Notes: a model not told the origin generated them from the letters alone. A stretch of 64,000 bases of DNA from Eledone cirrhosa (GCA_964016885.1 OZ024740.1:116188001-116252000); one strand, 5' to 3'. Counted from the stretch's first letter, positions 13,455-26,819 are shown. Made by a program: numbers and translations.

Positions 13455-14029
13455 GTCATGTATGCTTCAGTTTCCGTTCAGTATTTATCTACCTCACCGT
13501 GTAGCCAGTCACACCTAAGTCACTAGATAAAACAGGAGGTAAATAGTTGAGAAAATAAGAGGGAGAGAGAGGCAGAGAGAAAGTGAGAGAAAGGGGGAAG
13601 AGAAAGAGAGAGGGTGAGGTGGGTGGGGAGAAATAATGAAAGAGAGAGAGGATAGCAGGGGAAGAGAGGGAGGGTGGGGGCTGGAGAAAGGAAAAGAAAA
13701 AGAAAGCGGTGTATCCTCTCTGCTTAGTTGTTCTCGCTAGTTACTATTCCACTTTACCCCCCCCCCCTTTTTTAGTATATATTTCTAGTATATATTTCTA
13801 GTATATATTTAGGGGTTCTTTTTTAATATGATGTAGCGTGACCTTCCAGTGAACTATACTGATTAAGAACGACTACAATGGGATCACCAAGTATTTGTGT
13901 TACCTGCTTTAAAAATGTTTGGTGATTCAGCAAACCCTCAGCACTTGATAAAATAAGTGCCCATCCCCAATGGTTATAGAAGAACGTGTCAGATTTAACC
14001 TCAGTTATTTGGTTGTTGTTTTTTTTAAA

Positions 14030-14045
14030 GTATATATATATATAT

Positions 14046-14076
<31 letters not shown>

Positions 14077-14121
14077 CACACATACACATATATACATATA
14101 CACATATATATATATATATAC

Positions 14122-14153
<32 letters not shown>

Positions 14154-14199
14154 TTATATTTATATATATATATATACACACATACACATATATACATAT

Positions 14200-14278
<79 letters not shown>

Positions 14279-14283
14279 TTTAT

Positions 14284-14353
<70 letters not shown>

Positions 14354-14373
14354 AATATATGTATATATATACA

Positions 14374-14463
<90 letters not shown>

Positions 14464-14485
14464 CGTATGTATATATGTGTGTATA

Positions 14486-14581
<96 letters not shown>

Positions 14582-14635
14582 ATATATACATATATATATG
14601 TGTGTGTGTATGTGTATACATACACACACATATAC
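14030..14635. repeat. 600-bp compound (TA)n/(CA)n microsatellite
   Basis: Direct inspection. Confidence 0.95.
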
Positions 14636-14819
14636 ATTTGTGTTTTATATTATAACGTTCTCTTTGCATTGTTCTCAAGATGTTTATCAGTAGTTTTAGA
14701 ACAATACCCAGTAAACAACATATTACACTGAACAGAGAGAACAACGGTTCCTTATTCCATTGTAATTGTTCGCTATTGTAAAACATGGATTCAGTATAAA
14801 ACTCGACTGCAGAACATGT

Positions 14820-14970
14820 TTAGTAAAATTAACACAAGTTCTACTTTAGTATATTTAACATAAGTAATCTACTTTAGTATATTTAACATCAGTAATATAT
14901 GATACTTTGGTCTATTTAACACAGTATATCCACTATAGTATATTTCACATAAGTATTTCAATTATATTAT
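14820..14970. repeat. about 28-bp minisatellite interrupted by the Helitron
   Basis: ctactttagtatatttaacataagtaat-like units; the pattern resumes at 21478-21515. Confidence 0.7.
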
Positions 14971-16134
14971 ACTAGCTGACGTACCCAGCTTCGTCCGGGT
15001 AAACAGATGATAAGAGAAGACAGGTAAAAGAGAAAATGACTGTATTGGATGTTTGTCTGGTTACAGTATGAGGCGAGTCGTGGTGTCTGTGTGATACAAA
15101 AAACAGTAACAAAAATCTTACAGATATACCAGATTCTTCGTTGTACCGTTTGTGCATAGTATATGAACAATTCTAGGTTCTTCCACCTAGAATAGTGACC
15201 TCTAGGAGATGGTTCATCTTCTGCCTGACTATAAAACGTGTATCATTGCATAGACGTGGTTGTTCCACGTTTCTCAAAAGGATTATGGAAGTTCCAATCT
15301 TTTATATTATATGTAGATATAGATATAGATAATTAATATAAAAGATGTCTGTCAATGTAAAAAAAGGTCCCTATTTACTTGAAATGGTTTATACAAATGC
15401 CAAATTAATATGGATATGGATAACATGCTTATCTATAAGTGGCCAGCTATAATAATAAAACAACAAATTATATGACACAAAAATTTATTCAGTAATTTCC
15501 AGGTTCTTAGCCACTGAGTAATAGACAGTCAATATTGCCCAGAGTTCAACTCGGGGAGGTGGCCTGGTTTGAACTCCAAATAGTGGATCCTTCTACTTTG
15601 AAAATAGAATCGTTTTTCAATATTACTCTAGCCCTGGCCGGCCATAGGATCCAACCTTTTTGCCAGACTCAGCATATGATGAGGTTTTATTACCACCGCA
15701 ATCAGAAGCGATAAATTTGCAGGCAATTTCTATCAATACTTGTTGGTTTTTATTGCTCATTATCGACAATAAATGACATTGAACAGAAATGATAACTCTG
15801 CCAAAGCTCACAATACTGATCAAAGGACACCAATGTCTGAATCATTTACGTCGAATATTCATAGCAGTGAAGGCAATTTCTACCAATACTTGTTGGTATT
15901 TATTGCGCAACATAGCAGTGAAAGCAATTTTTACCAATACTTGTTGGTATTTATTGCGCAACATAGCAGTGAAAGCAATTTTTACCAATACTTGTTTGTT
16001 TTTATTGCTCATAACGACATTAAATGACATTGAACATAAATGATAACTCTGTCAAAGCTCACAATACTGATCAAAGGACACCAATGTCCGAATCATTTAC
16101 GTCACTTATTGATAGCATTAAAGATATGCATACA

Positions 16135-19100
16135 TCAGCTCAAAGCTTCATTATAGACAATATTCAGGGTTGTTCCTCTGTTAGTGGTATCAATTGCAAA
16201 TCTTATACCATCAGGATCGCACACTCGAGATGCAGCAACATACAGTTGCCAATAGCTGAATGCTGGATCATTCAAGTAGACACCGACTCGCTTGAAAGTC
16301 TGTCCCTGTGCCTTGTTGACAGTCATGGAGAAGGCCAAATTGACGGGAAACAGTCTCCTTTGCCAAATGAATGGCAGCAGATCTTCACTTGGTCTCAGCA
16401 TGATCCTCGGAATGAGAACTGATTCCTCTCTGCCTGGGAGTTTAGCTTCTAAAACTCTTCCGTTAATCAATCTCTCAACAATCAATCTGGTACCATTGCA
16501 AAGACCCATTTTATGATTGATATTTCTAAGCAATATAATCGGCATACCCTTTTTCAACCTCAAAATATGTGGGGGAAATCCGGGTATTTGAAGTGAATTC
16601 AGATACTCAGTCGGAACATCCATATTGTTCTGCTGATTAGGCTCCATTGCATCCGCACTGACGGTCAACCATTCCTCTCCAGGAAACATTCCGGCTACTT
16701 GTGAATTTATTTCATCGACCGTTGCATTCGTATGAGTTAGAATAACGCGTTCCGATAACCAGGAGATATTCTGCCAAAAAGCATTCAAATTAGGGAACAC
16801 CCAGTCAATCAATGCTTGGCGGTTCAGTGGCATGACCAAATGGTCTGGGATGCTTACAGTCTGATTATCTCCAACGTCTGGCAATTCATCGTTTCCCAAC
16901 TGCATCAACCATCGGCCGTATGTCTCAGCCTCTTCGTTTTGCCCGAACATACGAATTCGCATATTATCGTGTAATCGCAAAACTCTGAAATGGCGCCACA
17001 ACGGGGACTTGTTCAGACATGCATAGACAATTTGCTCTCTTTGAGCACTGACAATTGGTAGCACCTGTCTGAAATCGCCACCAAGTCTTACCACCGAATG
17101 GCAGGTCACTACCGCAGATATCTCTCAAAGTTCTGTCCAATGCCTCCAGTAAATATCTGTGTGCCATTGGAGCCTCGTCCCAAATAATCAGAGACATATT
17201 GCGTATAAGGCCCGCGAGTTCACTTTGTCCTGTAATGTTACAGACACTCAACTCATTCGGAGCCAATGGATCCTTGAAGCATGAGTGGAAGGTCATTCCA
17301 CCACTCAGCAAAGTGGCAGCGATCCCACTGGTGGCCACAGGGAGAGCAATCTTCCTCTGAGCTCTGACTGCTGATAACATAGTGTTGAAACAGAATGTCT
17401 TTCCAGTGCCTCCTGGAGCATCTATGAGAGCACAAAGTTGCTCATTAGTGGAAATCGAGTGGAGAACGCCATCGACCAATTCTCTCTGAGATTGGGTCAA
17501 CATTGGCATACGTTCATCCACAATACGTTGCTGTTCCAGTGGATCAAACTGGAATAGTTCCCTCCGATCGAGTAGCAGCCGTCTAAGCTGCAATCTCATG
17601 CTCAATGCTAAGACACGTTGCCGCATTTCTTCATCAGGAATTGGCAAATTGAAATCTGTTAAACATTTGAAATGAACTTCAAGCAGTTGCTCAATATTGA
17701 GCAAAACAATAGCTTTCATCAAATTTTCATCATCGACCTGAAGATGATGCCTAAAATCATCAGCCATAATTCCCCAATGGTGTTCAAATAACTCTCTTGG
17801 ATCGGCAGGATTGCAGAATCCTAGAATCGTGACAAACAACTTCCTTATTTGAGCTGGCATCTGTGTTGTTCCTGCAGCTTCCATGGCGTTATTCCATTCA
17901 GCGTCATCCTGGTATGTTTCATATTCCACGCCATTGATTATTTTCAAATCAGCGAAGCTCTGTTTACTTCTCGAAAAATCATTATGTAACAGGATTCGGA
18001 GATAAAACACATCACCAGATGCTGGATGGACATTACAAACCCGTTCAATAGTCATGAATCTCAACTTTTGTTTTCTATCATTCCTTTTATTTCCCTTCTT
18101 ATCCCACGTATAGTGCGAAGGGAAATCGCAGTAGAGTTGCCTTTGATCCGGGTTCAAAGCATGTTCCCTATTATGCTTGAACCACTCAGTCAATTCCGTC
18201 TTAGTGGGTGGTGCGTTAGCAATTCTTTCGACACCTCTTCTAGTGTCCTGAAAACAGACCATTTGCCTATTCTCTAAGTGAATCGTCAGTTTCTGAACGC
18301 TGGGTTTGCGCTCATTGAGATCAAAATCGAACAATCTCCAGCAAGCTTCGCTAAAACATCCTGAAACCTGCCAACTTCATCTCCTTGGTTCGCTTCCTCA
18401 TTCCTGACATTGGTCATTGCCAGATCATGACCTTTGTAAACATATTTGAATAGATATTTTCAAGCTTTCACTGAGCTACAAATTTCCACATTAATATGAC
18501 AACGATATTTCATAATCAAATATGGATTTTATGGCACAACCCATTGATTTGTAACCTGTCAACCGTTTACATTTTCGACCAAACCGCCATCTGCAGGCGA
18601 CCGTCTTCTGTATGAGGGATGAGTATCCCCATCGTTCCAGGAAGTGTTCGTGACAAAAGGTTTCGGAACGTGCTTACTGCATTGGCCATTTTTCATGCAA
18701 GGCGCTTTCCGATTTGCCACTCCGCATCGGTTGTGCACCATTGACTTTGCCACCAAGTTACGTAGTGCCTCATTCTCCGGCAGTTCAACTGTCGACATCC
18801 TCAGCACATCTCAATTTGCAATCTCTATGTAAAATGATCAGTAAATGTGCATGTGGCAATCCTCTTTTTGGGAATTCAATTACGTATGTAAAAGCAACTA
18901 TACCTCCAAAGATTCCCTCTTTTTCCACATCATCCATTATCTTTTTCAGATATCCTTTGAATACTCTTGCCACAATATCAGGACGGTCCTTTGGCTGTTG
19001 TCCTGGCAAAAGTGCATCCTTAATATCAGTCCATTCAGGATTGCATGTAACCGTTATAAACAAATCTGGCTTTCCAAACTTTCTGACAATAGCCATTGCA

Positions 19101-20600
19101 TCCTGATAACGCATGTTCATATATCTCGGGCCGCCGATGAACGACGATGGCAAAATGATGCGTCGACCAATTTGCTTGTAATTGGTATCATCGGCTGTTA
19201 TCGCATCCTGTATATTATTATACAATTCAGCTCTAATATGTTGCTGATGTGTAGCTATATAATTTAGCCTTTGATTTTCGATCTTTGCGAATGCCATACA
19301 ACAGTATTCCTGGAAAAATCTGCTGGCTTGAAATAGCGCATTTCTCTGTTGATTCCTCTCGTTCAAATGGAACGCTTAAAAGTCGCGAATCGAATTATTG
19401 TGTCTATTGCCGCCTCCCTGTTGATGCTGATTCTCATGATCATCTAAATGAACAGACATGTTCCATCCATTTTCACCTTTTGGGAATAAAAGAACATAAT
19501 GCAATGGATCGTATGCCCTATTTGACTCATTGATAGTCTTGAGACCACCATCTCTGCGATTGAGGACGATATCTATCGATCAAGGCTTATCGTCCATCAA
19601 CACAGCAACTTCACGAAATCCTTCAGGGGCATTATATCGCCGTTCGTGTTGATTCCTTGGCACTGCGTCAGCCTTAATCACCAATGTTTGCTGCTGAACA
19701 TTTTGCAGTTCAGCCACCAACATGAAATCCACAACATAAGGATTACACTGTCTAAGCCATGAATGCAAATCACGGATCAAATCACTTAACCTTTGCCGTT
19801 CAATTTCAGTTATATTTCCCGGCAACTTCATCCAACCGATCCTGATATCCTCCTCCGATTCACTATAATCTGGATCGTTAACGTAAATTTGAGCGAATCG
19901 AGGCCTCTCTCCTGGGGTAATTTCTAAATTACCGATACAATGATACAAACGGCCTTGAATGCTAAGGCTAATGAATTGTTAATTTGCCGCGAATATTTGC
20001 GCAGTAATCTACCTCGGTCTCCTTGATCACCCCCACATACTTAGTATTTTAAACTCCGGTGACTTCTCATCATCCGGCATTCGCAAGGCATTCTAGTTGA
20101 ACTGTTCCTTTATGACAGCACATTGTGGTCCACGTCTTTTCGTGCCTCCAAAGCAATGCTCCACAATGTGGACACTCTGCTCGTCCACCAATCTGAAAAT
20201 GACACGGTTGCCATGATCCATTTTTAATATCATTCGTTCGCCTTCTAGCCTCTTTACTGGAATGAGGAGCACTTTGGCGACATATTCTCTGAACTTCTTT
20301 ATTGCGCTGCGCTGTTCAGCCAGCTCCTCTTCATCCATCGCAGCACGCCGTTGCTGCTGAATTCTGGCCATCTGCTGATGATGCTCAGCCAGTTCGTCTT
20401 CAACCATCGCAGCACGCCGTCGCTGCTTGACTCCGGTGTTTCGTTGGCGTTGTTCAGCCAGCTCCTCTTCATTCATGGTGGCACGTCTTTTGCCTCTGAA
20501 ATTCGGCGTTCCGATGGCGCTGTTCTGTCCGTTTTTCTTCATTACTGGCTGCACGCCGTCGCCGCTGTAGTTCACTGTTTGATAAAGTCGAATTGCTTTT
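16135..20600 (-). pseudogene. Helitron RepHel (HUH endonuclease plus PIF1-family SF1 helicase), multiple frameshifts and stops
   Basis: CPHCGALL..CC zinc motif; Rep motifs PDLFITVTCNPEW, EFPKRGLPHAHLL, KYLFKYVYKGHD; helicase motifs APGGTGKT, IIWDEAPM, GGDFRQVLP, TVNKAQGQT, QLYVAASRV. Confidence 0.95.
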
Positions 20601-20629
20601 ATTGTCAGTATTCATTTCGAGCAATTGTA

Positions 20630-21310
20630 AAAAAATGACACAATAATAAATATAAATGATGTCTGTCAATGTAAAAAAAGGTCCCTATTTACTCCCTTCA
20701 CAACTCTGTGTATGTTAGACTGATAGACAGGCACATAGACAGATAAACTGCGTGGCGATTGTAGAACGCCACACACATACACGCATGGAAACGCGCACAC
20801 GCACGCAAACTTACACACGCACACACCCACACATGTTCATAGTTTTTACTTTCTGTGGAACGCTGCACGCACGCACACACACATAAACATACGCACACGT
20901 ACATACACACGCACACGTTAATAGTTATCGCTTTCCTTCTCCTCTTATTTACACACACATCACACACACACATGTCTCTACACTGACACATATAGTTAGT
21001 GTACAAAAAATGACACAATAATAAATATAAAAGATGTCCGTCAATGTAAAAAAGGGTCCCTATTCACTCTCTTCACAACTCTGTGTATGTTAGACTTACA
21101 GACAGGCACACAGACAGATAAACTGCGTGGCGATAGTGGAACGACACACATATACACGCATGGAAACGCTCAAACGCACGCAAACTTACACACGCACACA
21201 CTCACACATGTTGATAGTTTTTACTTTCTGTGGAACGCTGCACGCACACACACAAACATACGCGCACGTACATACATACGCACACATGGTAATAGTTATA
21301 GCGTTCACTT
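20630..21310. repeat. about 375-bp tandem duplication in the Helitron 5' region
   Basis: aaaaaatgacacaataataaatataa..gtcaatgtaaaaaa..gtccctatt begins at about 20630 and again at about 21004. Confidence 0.85.
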
Positions 21311-21973
21311 TGCCTCTCTGTTTCTTACTCTCCCTTCTCACTCCCTCATTGGCATTATACATATTAATTTCAGTTTGGCGTCGTTGAGGTGGGCAGAGTC
21401 ACTTGAAACCAATGAACCAATGATAATCGAGAATTATGACACACGGAATAATGACGTTGTTGAAATTAATGTATAGATTTAACACAAGTATTTCTACTAA
21501 ATTATATTTAACATATTGTTATATTTCTGGATAGTTATGTTGTCAGTGTTACCAATAAAATGAAACTCACGCACCATAATTTTTCTCTTTATCTTTATTA
21601 TTAGCTATTCGTTAGTTCATCGATGTTCTTTCGTCACACATTCTGTGACCTCCTCAATTTTCTCATGTGCCTCCTCATCTTTCTAGTCTTAATCTATTAC
21701 TCCATCTTTTCCCTATATAAGTATTTATATATATCTGCTTTATTATATTTAACAAGCCATATTTACTGCAGTATATTTAGCAAATATCTCGATTTATTTT
21801 CTTCGTTCTGTTTTATTTTCATTTACTTTTCTAATTTTTGCATTATGCTGATTTCATATTTACTTCAAATATTTCCTCACCTTTCTCCCAAAGATTTATA
21901 GTTTTATGAATGTAATTATGACTCTATTAAGTTATACATATAGTTGTGTACCCCCTCTCTATCTCTATCTCTC

Positions 21974-22043
<70 letters not shown>

Positions 22044-22382
22044 CACCACTATCTCTCTATATCTATACATGCATGCGCGCGCGCACACAGACACACGCGC
22101 GCTCACGCACGTATGAAGTACATGTAATCGACGAAAAGTGTTTAAAAGCAATAGATTTGGACACAGGCTGTGACGAAAGACAATTAATTAATTTAATAAA
22201 CAACACATTGCTATATCAATTAACTGATTAATAAAACTGAAATGAAACTCAGCCAGTGATTGTGCTTTGACTGAGTGTATGATAACTGTAACTGTGTCAA
22301 CATGATTTCACAAATGTAGGGTATGTACGTCTCTCCCCTCTCTCTCTCTCTCTCTCTCTCTGTTTATATATATATATATATA

Positions 22383-22516
22383 GGAAAATAGTCGTCGAAA
22401 TGGCTTGAGCTCTGCCGTCGGGTTAAACATTTTCATATTACCCACGCTACTACCCTAAGTATTGAGTACTCTGGTGCGTTATGATCCATCTGGTTCCTTA
22501 CCACACTTCCTTCGTT
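22383..22516. mobile_element. family D copy 3 (single arm plus tail)
   Basis: aaatagtcgtcgaaatggcttgagctctgccgtcggg..ccttcgtta; (TA)n flanks. Confidence 0.8.
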
Positions 22517-22825
22517 ATATATATATATATTAAGAGGGTGAGAATATATGTGTGTGTGTGTCTTTTCCTTAATTTCAAGTTTATTCTGACCAGCCGCCTT
22601 CTCGGTGTAAAGAAAAGGGAATTTCCGTCTTCTTTTGCGCAATCGTTCATCGCTTGAATCTTAAAATATTTTACAGATTCTGAAGGTTTCCAGCTAATGT
22701 CGGCATTTGTAGCTCATGAATTAAGATGTGAGCTAGATTCTAGATTTAGATATTGTGACTGTGTATAGCTTATTCATTCTTTCTCCAACAGGCCAGTCAA
22801 GTTATACGTTTGTCCGGACGAGTTG

Positions 22826-23074
<249 letters not shown>

Positions 23075-24070
23075 TACACACATATAAATATATTGTTATA
23101 TTTGGGGATGGTCATATAGCCAATATTGCCAATAGAAAAAAAATGCACCATATAATTTTCACTTTATCTTTATTGTTTGTTATTGATTTGTTTATCAAAC
23201 CTCTTTCGTCACACATTCTGTAGCCTATTCAATGATTCTCTGTTTTGTGCCTCCTCTTTTTCTTGGTCTCAAACTTTTACTCCATCTTGTCTTTGTTTTG
23301 CGGTGCGTTTTTGTGTTTCGTGTCTGTGCATGCGTTCGCGCCTGCGTTTGTGTGTGTATGTGGTTATGTGTTTGTCATGTCTATGTGTATTTTATGTGTG
23401 CGTGGGTTTGTATCGTTTTCTCTTTTGCTGTTTATGTATTTTTTGTGTCTTTATTTTGTATACAGTCATAAAGTTCCGGACGGTTACTATTCCACTTTTA
23501 TTTTCTGTTCAGACTAGAGCTATCGTCAATTATGTTAGTGGCCTTCGTAATTTGTCTCAGTGCTGCATGCGGTGGATAAAGTGCTGTATGTGTCTCTTTA
23601 ACTCTGTTGGATCGCACATGCGAGACACATTTCTCATCACTCTTACCAGGTGCTCTATCAAGATATTGGACCTAGCACTAACTGGTGGATCAGGTACATG
23701 TAGGCCATGGGTTTGGTATAATGTGACAGGAGGCTTTGGTAGATGGAGTTAGCTATTTGATTCATGGGTCATCTCTCGTTGGGTAGTTTTAATTACTATA
23801 CTAATATCGTCAACATAGCTCCTCGGAATACCACATTACTCTCACTGATCATGACCACGTATTTCTCTATAGGCAAAATCAGTGTCGACAGATGAGTATA
23901 ATCATACTACATTCCTGCTGCATATTATGTAGTTTTTCAGGTCATGGGTTTGGTCTCATTTATTGATTCTGCTGATGAGGTCCTCTGTGTTGTCCCACAC
24001 GCCTGGGGACATCTTGATTATGGAGCGTATCATCATTGAGAGGAAGTAGGAAATCCTGTAGTCATATAGG

Positions 24071-24268
<198 letters not shown>

Positions 24269-24871
24269 ATATATATATATGTTTGTGTGCGTTTGTATTA
24301 CCTTGTAAAATGTCTAGAAAGTTCACACGCACCCACAAATAGAAACATACATACACACAGCTGAAGTTCTACTAAGTTGTATTGAAATGTATATTTATTT
24401 TCTTTAACATTCTTTTGTATAGCTAAGTGAAAGTTAGTGCCACACTTCAATGGGTTTACAGAAATGACGTCTTCATTTTCTCTTCTTCTCTGATATCGGA
24501 AATGGATTAAATTAAGTTAGGTGTGGTGAATTGTATTTTCGTTTTCATGTAGAATTTAAAAAAAAAATAATGCACAGGTGGTCATCACAGTGACGTAAGA
24601 TATATAACAGCCATGTTATTGTGACGAACATTTCCATAAGAATCAACATTAGAGTATTGATTGGAAATCTGTCGGTTTCGACGATGATTGTTTCGTGTTT
24701 TCGGTCAACGGAGCCACTTACACGTTGGTGGTTGCACTTCCCAGACATATCCATGCTTAACGTTATTTTCAGGGAGGTTCTGCATGACAGAGGCACAGAT
24801 ACAATGCGTCTTATAATATAATGTTACCCGGAGATTTACCCATCTGCATTGTTGAGTATTCCAAAACGACC

Positions 24872-24907
<36 letters not shown>

Positions 24908-24911
24908 GGTT

Positions 24912-24962
<51 letters not shown>

Positions 24963-24997
24963 CCATGTAGAGCGAAATATATATATATAAATTGGTC

Positions 24998-25037
<40 letters not shown>

Positions 25038-25497
25038 CAGCCATGTAGAGCGAAATTTACTTTTTTATTTGAATTTGGCAAAGCTGGCCATTTATCGCTC
25101 GTATACAGGAAATGTGACTGGCCAGTCTGCTGATATGCAAATCTGGCTGATCAGTGGATCCGCTAATATGCAGATCTGACTGATCAGCCAGTCTGCTAAT
25201 ATGCAAATCAGGCCGATCAGTCATTGTGTATTTTTGAAAATAGCATATATTTTCACTAGCTCTGACAGTTTGGCAAGTGAACAGTGAGTTGTACTGATGA
25301 AGGGTGATGCCCAGAAACATTAGTGTCTGCAGTTCTGTTCGCATGCCAACATAAGAGCAAGAATGAAGTGTTCATTCTCCTGACATGGCTATAAAATTTA
25401 GGCTTGTTTGCAAAATTGCATACGAATCGAATGTTATTATTAATATTCGAAAAACTCAGATTACATTTATTGTATTCAGCCATGTAGAGCGAAATTT
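25038..25497 (+). mobile_element. mini-element family E copy 1 (33-bp octamer repeats plus hammerhead)
   Basis: Inverted copy at 61690-62285; bounded by the 21-bp direct repeat cagccatgtagagcgaaattt. Confidence 0.8.
25286..25335 (+). ncRNA. type I hammerhead ribozyme (intact core)
   Basis: gagttgta-CTGATGA-a gggt gat gccc a-GAAA-cat ta gtg-TC-tgcagttc. Confidence 0.8.
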
Positions 25498-25613
25498 TCT
25501 TTTATATATATGTATATATATATATATATCAAAGGTATATATTGAGTTAGGAACTCAAAATAGTCTCTTACAACAAAATAGCTCTAAGAAAGAGATATTT
25601 CCGAGCTGTATAT

Positions 25614-26098
25614 ATAAAAGAAAAGCAAACACAGATATATACATATATGTGTTCAAATCTTAAGGGACCAGATTCGCTAAGGTGAAAAGAATACTAACTA
25701 TAGACAATTGGGTTTGCTTATCTCAATTTAAGAAAAAATCAAGAAAATAAATACAAACCGGAATTGTGGTAACTACCAATCACCCAGACAACTTGTTGTT
25801 TCGCAATGTTAATTGTGAATAGAAATACCAATTCAAGCTCATCAGTGGATGATGAATTAGTATCCTAGACACTTCTAAGTATATTAAGAAACTGAATAGT
25901 GTGCTATATATAAAAATTACAGCGCACATGGCATCCTAGCGCGTCTCACAAACCTACACCACTAAAAATAGCAGCCAGGTTTATTCGATAAGCGAACCCA
26001 ATTGTCTATAGTTAGTAGTATTCTTTTCACTTTAGCGAATCTGGTCCCTTACGATTTTAACACATATATGTATATATCTGTGTTCGTTTTTCTTTTAT
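25614..26098 (-). mobile_element. fold-back insert with about 110-bp inverted arms enclosing a hammerhead
   Basis: 25614-25722 is the reverse complement of 25987-26098. Confidence 0.8.
25779..25853 (-). ncRNA. type I hammerhead ribozyme (intact core, GUC site)
   Basis: atcatcca-CTGATGA-gc..gc-GAAA-caac aa gttg-TC-tgggtgat; 8-bp stem I. Confidence 0.85.
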
Positions 26099-26713
26099 AT
26101 TCTATTATAATATGTATATATATATATATATTCTTTTACTAGCTTCACTCATAGGACAGTAGCTATGCTGATATTGTCGTGAGATCGAACCTAAAATATA
26201 ACGATTCCTAAACGAACGTCTACGTCCAAACATTACAATCACCACCTCAATGAACATTGCATTTCTAGAATTTTTTTATTTAAATCACCGATGAAACCAC
26301 ACAGCAGCTGGTGTGATTTATTCATAGAGCAACATGGATTCTCCGCGTATCTGTTGATGGGCGTGCACTGATATATATTTCACAGATTAGACAGGTAAAT
26401 ACTTATTGTTTAACGTGAAAAGAAGGTGGACATAAGTAACAATGACTAAATATTTCGTAGATAAAGTTTACACGACGCCTTAAAGTCAGCTCAGCTTGTT
26501 ATAATAGATTTCGGTGATACCACATTGGCGTGGTTCATGTTTCTCAGATTTCCACCCCGAAATAACCAATAATCATCGTAGACCAATACTTTTAAATAGA
26601 TTGATCATGATGCAGCAATACGTACATATATATATATATACATACATACAAACAGACATACATACATGTATAAATACATACAAAAATATACACACAGACA
26701 CACACACACACAA

Positions 26714-26780
<67 letters not shown>

Positions 26781-26819
26781 AGTATGTATATATATATATG
26801 TCGTATATACATATATGTC

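Larger units (their letters stand above)
14972..21477 (-). mobile_element. Helitron, degenerate, with both termini
   Basis: 5' A|TC at 21478/21477; 3' hairpin acccgg-acgaag-ctgggt then CTAG|T at 14972; no TSD; contains RepHel. Confidence 0.9.

Noticed and set aside
21620-21657. Minus-strand TTGAGGA-g-gtcaca..tgtgac-GAAA
   Set aside because: C3 is mutated and stems I and III could not be formed, so it was not counted.
23972-24010. CTGATGA followed by gtcct..gggac
   Set aside because: No GAAA or UH half.
24864-25058. Repeat-spacer look of islands between (TA)n runs, and the 66-bp array at 55190
   Set aside because: Not CRISPR: eukaryotic context, no cas genes, no constant repeat with unique spacers.
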